From assembly GCF_006345805.1 (NCBI RefSeq), contig NC_043005.1, positions 60,078,001 to 60,142,000 on the forward strand: a DNA stretch of 64,000 bases, in the 5' to 3' direction. A program made the position numbers and the translations under genes. Shown one piece after another: positions 52,684 to 64,000 of this stretch. Below the pieces are notes generated by a model, which worked only from the letters and a program-made list of their open reading frames with translations, did no database searches and had not been told where the DNA came from. The DNA is from Octopus sinensis (Eukaryota). The stretch's first letter is position 1; each line of letters opens with the position of its first letter.

Positions 52684-55600
52684 TATTGTTATATTTAGGA
52701 ATGGTCATATTGCCAGTTTAGCCAATAAAAACACACGCACTATATATTTGGTGTTATTTTGCTTCAGTGATATTTATTTTTTACATTAATCGTAATCTTA
52801 TTTCGGCCAAAGTTCTTTCGTCACACTCCTGTATGAACCGAATTTATCCAACAACATTACCCTTCAACAAAAGAGTATACATCCCAAGACGTACTAATGA
52901 CCACATGGAAGCACAGTTCACTATAGCTAGGACCAAACTTAGACAGATTTTAGGATTATACATTAAGAGACAGAGACAGAATAAGACAGATGCCCAACAA
53001 CTAGGGATTAAACCTGCATGTGGCCTACAGAAGCTCATTCAGCGCACGAGGAACGGAGAGGTGATATGCCTTCCCACGGATAAGTCCGGCAGGATGTCAA
53101 TAGACAGCTTACCGAACTACATCCAGGCAATGCAACCTCATATCGCCAATACAAAAGTAACAACTGTACAGGCGCATGAGGAGAGAGAAAAGGTCCTCAA
53201 TGCCCACATGATGATGTGGACAATTGTTCTGGGACCTCAGAAACGTACTGCAAAGAATTTCCAAGCCTGGAACAATGATATCCCGGCACTGTATGGACTT
53301 CGCAAGGACCATAAAGGTTTTACTGACCCTATAGCAGGACCACCAACAAGACCAGTCTGTGGAGCGAATATCGCTAGCAATTACAGAATCTCCTACTTCC
53401 TCTCAATGATCATACGCCCTATAATCAGGATGTCACCTGATGTGTGTGACAGCACAGAAGATCTCCTAAGCAGGATCAGTGACTGTAACAAAACTTGTGA
53501 CTTGACAGGATGTATAGTAGGTAGCATGGATGTGGTATCCCTATACCCATCGATTGACGTAGATTTTGCAGTGGAGAAGTGCGTGGAGATGATCAACGAG
53601 AGCCAGGTGGAGTTCTGTAATGTCGACACAGAAGAACTGGGCCTCCTACTTAGACTGACATATAATAGTGAATACTTAGATAAACATAATCTTAGTAGTT
53701 TCTGCCCCAGTAGATGTTTAAGAGGTAGACCGCCTACAATTACTTCTATGGCTAGGAAGACACATATAGAAAGATGGCGCGGATGGGCCAGAGCCATACG
53801 GAGCCCCGCAAATGTCCATCAGGTAAAGAAAATGATCGCACATGCACTAGGAGCTAGTATAAGAGTTACCCTAAAAGGCCACACATTTAAATTTAATAAT
53901 AAAATATATGCCCAGGACGAGGGGGCAGCCATCGGTATTAGTATCGCTGGTGATGTGGCCAACCTCTTCATGGTATGGTGGGACAGAAGGCTTAAGAATG
54001 CCTACTGCAGAAATCCATACTCGTAAACATGTACTCTCGCTATGTTGATGATATCAATATAGTAGTAAAGGCACCCCCACAAGAGAGTACTGTTGATATA
54101 GTAATAGAAACTAATACTATGGAGAGCATCCAGCAATTAGCTAACTCCATCCACCAGAGTATTAAGGTCACAATAGACTACCCCACTAAACACCCCAACC
54201 ATAGACTACCAGTACTAGACACTGAACTCTGGCTAGAAATTGTGAAAAATAAAACGCAAATCCTTCATTCATACTATGCAAAACCTATGGCCTCAAAATA
54301 CCTGATCCACCGGAACTCAGCCATTGCGGGACAATGCCAAATTCAATATTTTGATGGCAGACCTCGTCAGAATAATGAGAAATGTGTCACGCATGTGCGA
54401 GCCTACAGAATTAAAGAGACACATACAGTATTTCATTCACCGCATGCAGTTCTCAGGTTACAGCCATAAAGAAAGGATCAGAGTATACAAAGGAGCCATG
54501 AAGAAATTTGATAATATATTATGTAATGATAGGAATGGGATTTGCCCACTCTATAGGAACAAGTCATGGAACACTATAGAAAGGACAAAAAAGAAAATAG
54601 GGAAGGCCAACTCTTGGTATGATAGCCATAAATACCAGAGTGTCATGTTCGTTGACACCACCCCTGGAGGTGAACTAGCGTACCGCTTTAGAAGGACCCT
54701 AGATAAACTTAAACTAAGAATTAAGGTTGTTGAAAAGCCAGGCAACCCTATCAGATCTATAATTGGTAGAAGCTATCCTTTTAGTAGAACTCTCTGTACG
54801 GATAACTATTGCACTGTATGTAGATTTAGCCCACAAATGAACTGTAAAGCCAGAAATGTGGTCTATAGTATATGATGCATAGAGGGACGATGCAGTAACA
54901 AGACAGTAACATACGTAGGGGAAACTGCAAGAAGCATTGGTGAGCGGGTGAATGAACATTGGAGACAACTCAAGGAAGGTAAAAGCTCATCGATTCTGTA
55001 CCAACACGCCGAACAAGAACACGGGGGATCAATCAATAACATAGAGAGTAAGATATTGTCCACACATAGAACAGATGCAACAATTAGACAAATTACAGAA
55101 GCTACACATATAATAGAAAATAAACCTAGCCTGAATAGAAAACTAGAATGGAGCAATAGCGCACACCACAACATATGACAATAGTGGATCCTGCAAACAT
55201 AATAAATACACAGGTAATTAAAGAAATAGAAATGAATATCTATATATATGTGTATGTGTATATATATGTATATGTATATGTGTATATATGTGTGTATATA
55301 TGTATATATATATATATATATGTATATGTATATGTATGTATATATATGTATATGTATATTCTTTTTTTTTTTTTTCGATTAGATTTATTATTATTATTAC
55401 TAATATTGTTGTTATACATACATACAAGCATATGTAATGATAATAATGGGTGGATGTAAACACATGAACAAAATTAGAACAAAAGCAACAACAACAAAAA
55501 CAAAATACAAATTACAAGAATGTATATAACCAGAAGATACAAATATTACAGGCATCCCCCCACACACACACTAAATAAACATAGACGCACATAGAGATAT

Positions 55601-55854
55601 AAGCATGCGCAAATGAAGACATACAATAGAAATACAAAATGGCTGACGGTTAGTAAGGAGAGACACAAGTAAGTGAGAAGAAAACAAATGACCACTGATG
55701 CGGTCACAGGAGTGTGACGAAAGAACTTTGGCCGAAATAAGATTAAGATTAATGTAAAAAATAAATATCACTGAAGCAAAATAACACCAAATATATAGTG
55801 CGTGTGTTTTTATTGGCTAAACTGGCATTATGACCATTCCGAAATATAACAATA
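52684..55854 (+). mobile_element. Penelope-like element of a different clade (Nematis-like, tentative), 5'-truncated with inverted arm
   Basis: 52684-52832 is the reverse complement of 55706-55854. Flanks are AAT-rich. The RT-EN frame is disrupted. Confidence 0.9.
52833..55178 (+). pseudogene. PLE RT + GIY-YIG endonuclease with two frameshifts (~54000, ~54330) and one stop (54873-54875)
   Basis: PTDKSGR, LYGLRKDHK, PTRPVC, SMDVVSLYPSI, GAAIG, RYVDD, LPVLD, KPMAS, linker [44 protein letters not shown]. Confidence 0.9.
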
Positions 55855-55859
55855 ATAAT

Positions 55860-56440
55860 AGTAATAATATTATTAATAGTAATAGACTCAATAACAACAA
55901 AAATACTCAAATTGTTCCTCCCGTAATTAATAATCTGAATAATATCCCATTTCATCAGTATATTCATAATTCTCACCTTCATAATTTTAAAAACAGTCAA
56001 AGGTAAGTAACTATACTTCCCAATCTTTTTCCGCTCTGTTTTTTTAAAACACGAGTTTTTTAATAGTAAATCTCTCCATTAATCACGTAACCCAAATAGA
56101 AATATCTGGTTAATTTACAAATTAAAGTAACCTCCTCCACATATTTCGTCTAGCTATCGAAAGGAACTTTCCCATTAATTCCAGCCACCACTCAATTTTT
56201 AATACTCATCGCCTCAGAATTGGCTTCTCCAACATTAATAACATCCTGCAGAGTATAATATCATATAACAACTATATTCTCTCTTAATAACTGTAATAAC
56301 ATTCATAATATTTACAATAATATGAACGATAATATGTCCTTGAATAATAATATAATGATATTATTCAAGACCTTGCAACTGTGACCCGAATACAACTTGC
56401 GTCATAAATGGAAATTTCTGTATTAAAAATGCCGCTTACC
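55860..56440 (+). pseudogene. Old Hydra-type PLE, linker and EN start (right half of a split element)
   Basis: NRNIWL..IERNFPINSSHHSIFNTHRLRIGFSNINNILQSII (compare RHFPVNHAYRKPFNRHNLKISFS) and CNCDPNTTCVINGNFCIKNAAY (CxCx5C) at 56374-56400. Confidence 0.7.
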
Positions 56441-57957
56441 AATGTAAAAGTTACCTCTGGATCTAAAGAATTTTTTTTATATTAAATGTCTGGTTTTTGA
56501 CAGATTCAAATACAGCTATGTTAAGTAATTACATCTTTACTGGATACGTCGTGTAGATGACTATGACAGGTAATTTCTATAGATTGTATCCTACATTTTA
56601 CCCTGGGACAACCCATCTTGCTTCAGGGCTCATAATAACAGGAGAAATTGAAGCCATATAAGCATGCTTTGATAAGTTTTAATGCCCTGAGTTTAAGGTT
56701 TATCTCTGAAATAACAGGAATTTTGAAAATCGCAAATATTTAGGCCATGCAATTTTCCCAACATGACCAGTGCCAAGTTATGATTGTCTATCTTTACTCC
56801 TTTCAATCCGATATTCTATAGAATCGAATCTGGATAGGTATCTCTCTTTCTTTCACTTTTTCACACTTACCTTTTCTCTCTCTCCTTCTCCATTTCTATC
56901 TGATCTCTGATTCACTCTGTTGATTCCTCTTATATTTTTAATTACTAAAACTATTGATCACTACCTATTTTAGAAATAATTACTTGCTAATACGGCTTAG
57001 GCAGCTGAATTGTTATGATAACATAAATAATCATTCCAAATAATACCATTACCTTTTTGCATGTGGAAGTATTAATATCTTCATCGATATTTCTAAACTT
57101 AATCTTATTTTGTCCTTAGAAACGTATTTCAAATTTCAAGTACCAAACGTTACAAAAACAATCAAAAGATAAATTGAAATCTTCCATACGTCATTTTGTC
57201 AATTTCTTTTTTACAATTTTTGCTTTCTTATTAAATAAATATTGAATACATTACCCATTTTTCCATTTCTCACCGGAAATATGTTGTTCGTGAGTTGTGG
57301 GTATATTTGAAAGCTTATTAAGTAAAAAATATGATAAAGGTGAAATAAATAAACAGAACCAATCAAATTTTAGAAGAAAAATTTTTGATAGTTAAATTTC
57401 TGTTGTGGCATTTTGACAAGAAGATGCAATATCTGACAGCACTGAGTAATGTATTCTTTCAACACTTAAGCTGATTCAGTGAATTTCTCTCTCTCTTTCT
57501 TTCTCTGTTTATCTCCCTATCAATCTGTTTATATGTATGTGTTTGTCACAAGATAAATTTCATAACTGAAGAAATTACATGAAATGACGATTAGATACGT
57601 AAAACACGATGTTTATATTTAGTTTCCTTTTCTAAAGACACACATACACAAAAACCACAGGCGTTCACATATATACTTTCACATACACAGGCATATATAC
57701 AAAAATAAATACATTCACTCACGCACAAACACACATATATGAGTGTATGCTTATACATCTATTTGCCTATCTATCTATATATATGTGTATATAGTATATG
57801 CACATGTACACACACACACACACATGTATATATAGCTACAAAAACATCATGTAGCTAGCAGTAAAACATATTTCTCTACCTCCGGTATTCGAATACTATT
57901 TTTTCCCACATTGTTTCACATTATGTTCTTACTCTGGTATGGAAAAATATAAATAAG

Positions 57958-58026
<69 letters not shown>

Positions 58027-58264
58027 CACATCAACATTATTCCTTTGCAAGCTAATATAACTACAAACAAGACATTTACTAATTGATGACTTACTACTTG
58101 AGAGTAAAATCATAAAGTCAGGATTCTATATAGGCCTTGATGACAAGCACTCCCAAATTTTCCTAATCGCTTATTCAACAAGGTGGTAAATGAACGCTCG
58201 GCTGAAACCTGAAGTCATTGTCAAAATAGTCTGCATATTTTTTATGAGTGCATACATATATGAG

Positions 58265-58300
<36 letters not shown>

Positions 58301-58821
58301 CACACATATGTTTATGAAGTAAAAGCTGCTCTAGCATGATAATAAACGATTTGTGTATTTTCAGTTGGCTACAATGGCCTAGTGAAGTATATAAATCTCA
58401 TGTCAACGGCGTTAAAATACCTTAAGGCCATATACTGGTGAAATAACTCACTCTCAATCCTGTTTGGGAGTGATGGACATGGATATTCGCCATTTTTGTG
58501 ACTTATCAACACCACTTAGCCGCCTGGTGTGAAGGTGAGTCAGCTAGCCAGTCCAACGAATTATATACTCATGCTTGAAAAATCATCAGCTGGTATGCTC
58601 GGAAATTGTATATCTAAGAGAAAATTTACATATGAAGGAAAATCGGTCGTATAGATCGTGTCGTATAGCTAACAGGAGACGATGTCTCCTGGGGCTAAAT
58701 TACAGCAACATTCGTCCTAAACCAGGAATACCATGTTATGTTGGCAAACAATCAGTTGCACAATGTAGAGTGTATACAACCAGCACTGCCTATACAAACT
58801 TAACATCAGATTCAGAATTAC

Positions 58822-58865
<44 letters not shown>

Positions 58866-58967
58866 TCAGGGTGAATACTTAATAATTGTAAGCACCTGTA
58901 TATAACATTTGGTGGTGTAGGTGGTAGAGTATATTAATCAAAATAAAAACATGATGCGAAGGATTCA

Positions 58968-59045
58968 GCGGTACATATGTTTCGGGCCTTTATTAGACGG
59001 ATTTATAACAATGCATAATGTGTGTCTATGGCCATCTTCAGCCAC
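58968..59045 (-). ncRNA. Type I hammerhead ribozyme, left arm
   Basis: GUGG-CUGAAGA-UGGCC..(long loop)..GGCCC-GAAA-CAUAUG-UA/CCGC. Confidence 0.7.
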
Positions 59046-59300
59046 GCACAATTACTACTTCAAGTATCACATCATAAATTCTACGTTGGGGATACAAATC
59101 CTCACAGTCGCGTACGACAGAGTGGGGCACCAGCACAAAAACGATGTACCAGCACAATGTAGAATCTACATTGAGTGAAAGACGGGATGGACGCTTCGTT
59201 TTTGTGCTGGTGCCGCATTATGTCGAACGCGACTGAGAGGATTTGCATCCCCAACGTAGAATTTATGATGTAATACATGTCCTTGAAGTAGTAATTGTGC

Positions 59301-59378
59301 GTGGCTGAAGAAGGCCATAGGCACACATTATGCATTGTTATAAATCCGTCTAATAAAGGCCCGAAACATATGTACCGC
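59301..59378 (+). ncRNA. Type I hammerhead ribozyme, right arm
   Basis: GUGG-CUGAAGA-AGGCC..(long loop)..GGCCC-GAAA-CAUAUG-UA/CCGC; perfect palindromic stem III ACAUAUGU; cleavage predicted after A59374. Confidence 0.7.
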
Positions 59379-59929
59379 TGAAACCTTGGCATCATGTTTT
59401 TATTTTGATTAATATATATATATGTGTGTGTGTATGTATTTATGTATGTATGTATGTGTATATGTATATGTATATGTAGATATGTATATACAAAGAGAGA
59501 GAGAGAGAGGGACAGAGGGTAGAAAGACAGTCAGACAGATGGACAGATTGATTAATTGATTGAGTGAGTGAGTCAATAGGAAGGGTTTAGGCCACTTCTG
59601 ACCTAAACCAATAGGTACGCAACCTGAGTGCTCCAAATGATAAGCTACTAGGATCCAAGTTCACAACGGGGCAGGTGTTGGGGATATGTAGCCTGATTTC
59701 TAGTCAGCGAGTTTAAATTGAAACGTCGCACATATACTAAATAGAAACTGTTTTATTAACAGACTGCCACAGCATTGATTTAAGACTACTAATTAAGAAA
59801 CCGTTCTTTCCTAATGCCAAAACGTTATTTCCTGAAACATGTTTGACCTCACATGATGTCACGGGATGACAGAGTATTCTGGATTCAAAGAGATAAATTC
59901 AATATCTCGTATGACCACCGTTAGCGTTA

Positions 59930-60720
59930 GTTACCACCAGGCATCTTCTGTACACTGAATACACCAAACGATTGATGAAGGCCATGGAGAATGCAGCCCA
60001 CTCTCTGTTAAACCTCGCAGTGAGTTGTGCCGCAGCGAGTTGAGCGTTGGACGGATGTCATTTAGCCTACTTTGGATTTGGTCCCACATATGCCTATGGG
60101 GTTCGAGTCCGGACTTAAGGCAGGCCATGGCAGTGCCTGTATGTTGTGCTGTTGGAGGAAATTTGCTGTCAATCTGGCAGTATGGACACAGGCGCTATCA
60201 TGTTCGAGCACATGATTCCGATGACGGGAAATGCATGACACAATGTGAGACCTCAACGCTTGGTCGATGTAGCGTGCAGTTGTTACTCCATAGCCCCAGG
60301 CTTGGCCGATGTTTTAGAAGACCACCGGTTCAAGTTTCTGGTTGAGTGCAATCCCGCCCCATACAATGATGCTCTATCCTCCCCCCCATGAATCTTCCTC
60401 CACCATACAGCCATCAGAATGACGTTTACTCCTTCGTCCCCAAATCCTAGCTCTACCATCTGCCACAGAAATGCAATATCGACTTTAGTGAGAGAAGACT
60501 ACAGTCCGCCACTGCTGATATCACCAATCCCGATCTTTCTGAGCCCACAGCAGATGTGTCCGTCGATGACGATCTGTGAGGATGGAGCCTCTGGCGAACT
60601 GTCTCCGCACAAATGTGATGACATCATGTAGTCTGTTATCGGCCAGAAGTTCAAACGCAATTTCAGCTATTATCAATAATATTGCTTCCACTCTGGAGGC
60701 ACCGGTAAGAAACTTGCCGG
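59930..60720 (-). pseudogene. Tc1-family transposase remnant
   Basis: CAETVRQRL; FSH*SRY..ADGRARIW; EEDSWGG..IIVWGGI; HDSACVHTARLTANFLQQHNIQALPWPALSPDSNPI..HMWDQI. Confidence 0.85.
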
Positions 60721-61354
60721 GAATGGGACCAAAACATCACTAAACGAGACGGGATCTAGACGAGACTGTTAGTGGACGGACAGGGAGAAAATAAACAGAA
60801 TAAATGCTTACGGCCACACGAAGACAACAATTAATAATGATAATAACACATATACAACAACAAAACAAGCCTTGAGGCTGCAAGACAAGACGGAAGTGGG
60901 TAACGTGAAGGAGAAATGACAACGGTCCTAAAGGACTATAGACACCGGAGGGGTAGAGCGAGGAGCTCAGAAAATCATGACCAATGCGGTCGAAGGCTAC
61001 ACGAAAACTAATGACGCTACTTTAGGTCGTCATGAGTCACGTGATAGCGGGAGGAGGGTAACAATGGAAGGCAGAGAGGGAGAGAGAGACAGAGAAGAGA
61101 AATTAAGAAAAGCAAAGTAAAGGAAAGAGACAGAGTGGCACAAAATTTCTACAAATGGGTAAAAAAATTAATGAGTGCTTGTGTTACACACACACATACA
61201 CACACATATACATATATATATTTATATATATATATACATATATATATATACACATATATGTATATGCATGTATGTATGTATGTATGCATATATATATCTA
61301 TATGTATATTTATACATATATATATGCGTACATATATACATACATATATTTATA

Positions 61355-61452
<98 letters not shown>

Positions 61453-61461
61453 CATATATAT

Positions 61462-61567
<106 letters not shown>

Positions 61568-62880
61568 AGGGCGAGAGAAATAGAGGGGGAGAGAAATAGA
61601 TAGATATAAACAATAGGCAGAGTGGCAGGGAGAGAGGCTTTTATTTTCACCTATTATGCCAGTGCTCCCGAGAAGCTAAATGGCGTGTGTACATAAGATC
61701 ACTGACGTCGGTGCCAGCTAGCGTACGTCTGTGATTTTTATATATCTACAAAAAATATGTTTATACATAGAAATACATACATACATACGTATATTTATAT
61801 TTTTATATATATATATGAGTGAGTTTATGTATATAATTTATATAGATATATATACATACATACATACATACATACATACATACGTATATTTATATATTTA
61901 TATATATATATGAGTGAGTTTATGTATATAATTTATATAGATATATATATATTTATATAGAGAGAGGGAGATTGAGAATGAGAGAGAAAGAGACAGTCAA
62001 AACAATAGACGGACTGGTTGGGAAAGAGAGAGAGAAAGAAAGAGGGAGACTTTGTTTTCATCTACTATGCCAATGCTTCCGAGAAATTAAATGACGTGTA
62101 TATAAAACAAATTAAGCAGAACTAATGAAACCTCATGAAAACAGAACGCTACAGCCTGAAATTCAATCTAATTTACTAATTTAACACTGTCGTAATTAGT
62201 TTAGTGCCTAATAGTTTCCAAAAATCTTTGACAAGTTGTCTTTTCTGTAGATGTAATATTATAGATATCTATTAGTTGAGTATTTATCTTCAGCAGAACG
62301 TTCGATTTGTACAACCATGAGAGAGTATTATCGGTCGAACATCTATTTCATCTCAATCATTATGTGAAAATAACTATGAGAAAGAAGGAAATTGAACCGA
62401 TCTCGAATATTTTTTTAGTTTTGCTTGAGTGTTTTTGTATTGATAATTTTATCAGTATATTTTGTTAAGATACAGACAGAAAGCAATGTAGAGCAGTATG
62501 TGAGACACAGAAGACTGACTGAAGCGATACAGTGTCATAATTTTAAAGATGAGTTCCAATGGTTCATAGAGCACCAGACAGTCGTGTATGTTTTGTTTTG
62601 CTTTAGCTTGTCACTCTCGTTTAATCAGGCTTTACATTATAGCCTTAATCCTCGTCAATACAAAAGCAGAATCAACATAGATGTAGGTATACATACACAT
62701 ACCTATGTGTGTGTACATATACATATGGATCATTTATATATGTATGCATATTCACATACCCTCACACACATATACATTCATATATTTAATATATATTTGT
62801 ATATATATATATATTTATATGTGTGTATGTATAAATATATCTATATATCTTATCTATCTATCTGGACTTCAAAGTAAGAG

Positions 62881-64000
62881 AAATTTTCCTTGATCCAGAG
62901 AGTAGGCTGGTCGTCTTTAATGTCGTTGGCAGTAAAGGGTGTGATTTTCGACTGATAACAGTTTATGCACCGTCCTTAAAGAGATCGGCCAGATTTCTTT
63001 CGGCATCTAGAGGTTTTCCTGGGAACGTCTCGACCTTTACTTTTAGTGAGGGATTTGAACACTGCCCTGGACACGCATCTAGACTATGTGGGCAGAGATA
63101 GTAATAAGAGGGGTTGTAAATGCCTCAAAGACCTGCTCAGATGTTTCCAACTGTCTGACATGTACCGACTGGATCACCCGAATGTGCTAATGTGGACATG
63201 GAGCAACCGCATCGGGTTGTCCAGATCGTATTTAGATTGAGTATTCTGTAGTGAGTAAAGATAGTGTAGGTTGTGCACAATTTCATATAGTCAGCTACAC
63301 AGATCACCAATTTGTGACTTGTACATTTCACTTAGATAAGACACAGGGGCAGGGTCCCGGTTACTGGTAGCTGAACGCTTCGTTCACGGCACGCCAGTCT
63401 TACAGGGATCGGATTAGCACATTAATTAAGAAAGTATTGACGGGTGCCATCGTTAGCAATAGATGGTGATATGCCCTACAGAAAGCAATTAAAGCAGGAT
63501 CGCTTAGGTACAAAAAGGCCCAGTTATTAGACCGAAATAGAATAGGAGATCTAGTTAAGAAATTAGAAGAGGCACTTAGAACTGGCATAGCGTCCAACGT
63601 ACTCCAACGCTAAATACCAAGGATGCGTTGCAGAGCTAGGATGCGTGCTTAGAGGAACGAAGGAGTTGGAGTCGTCAGAGAGACCCGAGTGGCGGAGGCA
63701 CAACGCGGCAACAAAGCCACCATTGGGTCCCTGACAGCTGAACATGGGTGCGAATTACTCGAGCCTGAAAGGATGTGTAAGGCCTTTCAACAACAACTTA
63801 CCCGACTGTTCGGGACAACTGGTGGCACAGAACGCAGAGTGGACTTTAGTGCCTACCTGCATAGTCCGCCACGACTCTCGGCAAGAAAGGCAGAGTACTG
63901 GATGCGATGGCAGGCTATACGGGAAACAAGTTATCAGGGTTGGATGGTCTGCCCTACGAACTTTATTTTCATATGCCAGACTTGTTTGGACGTATCTTGG
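62881..64000 (+). mobile_element. Tx1/L1-clade LINE ORF2 remnant (APE endonuclease to the start of RT), runs off the window
   Basis: DPESRLVVFNV..FRLITVYAP..LLVRDLNTALD..DMYRLDHP..WTWSN..RSYLD..YTDH..GPGYW*LN, then GLDGLPYELYF near the window end. Multiple stops. Confidence 0.85.

Larger units (their letters stand above)
58862..59412. mobile_element. Miniature fold-back PLE derivative made of two inverted pLTRs
   Basis: 58933-59144 pairs with 59196-59412. Both ends abut (TA)n. Each arm has a hammerhead. No coding region. Confidence 0.8.

Noticed and set aside
54873-54875. In-frame TGA in the Cys-rich EN region, as possible selenocysteine (reported for some Naiad PLEs)
   Set aside because: The TGA falls at the variable residue before the conserved Cys (VVYSI*C), the element also has two frameshifts, and its domain order is RT-EN rather than Naiad EN-RT. 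A simple nonsense mutation is more likely.

Overview
AT-rich, microsatellite-dense eukaryotic DNA. The tRNA-derived SINE families and the abundant (TA)n, (CA)n and (AAT)n tracts look like an octopus (coleoid cephalopod) genome; this is inferred from recalled repeat families, not from a search. No host protein-coding gene can be firmly identified, and most ORF-track entries are translated microsatellites or antisense shadows. The main content is a cluster of Penelope-like retroelements (PLEs). Two young RT + C-terminal GIY-YIG elements have a CxCx5C linker (Hydra-clade-like): 24282-26806 and the near-intact 32051-37049. A decayed PLE of another clade (Nematis-like, 52684-55854) is nested inside an older Hydra-type copy. 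There are also an isolated GIY-YIG remnant near 18.0-18.4 kb and two non-coding PLE derivatives (13995-15528 and a ~550-bp fold-back at 58862-59412). These insertions have inverted terminal arms, sit in microsatellites, and carry type I hammerhead ribozyme motifs with palindromic stem III, which I folded by hand. Other content: a MULE relic with a 9-bp TSD, a long-TIR MITE with an 8-bp TSD, CR1-like and Tx1/L1 LINE remnants, hAT-like, mariner and Tc1 remnants, and many SINEs.
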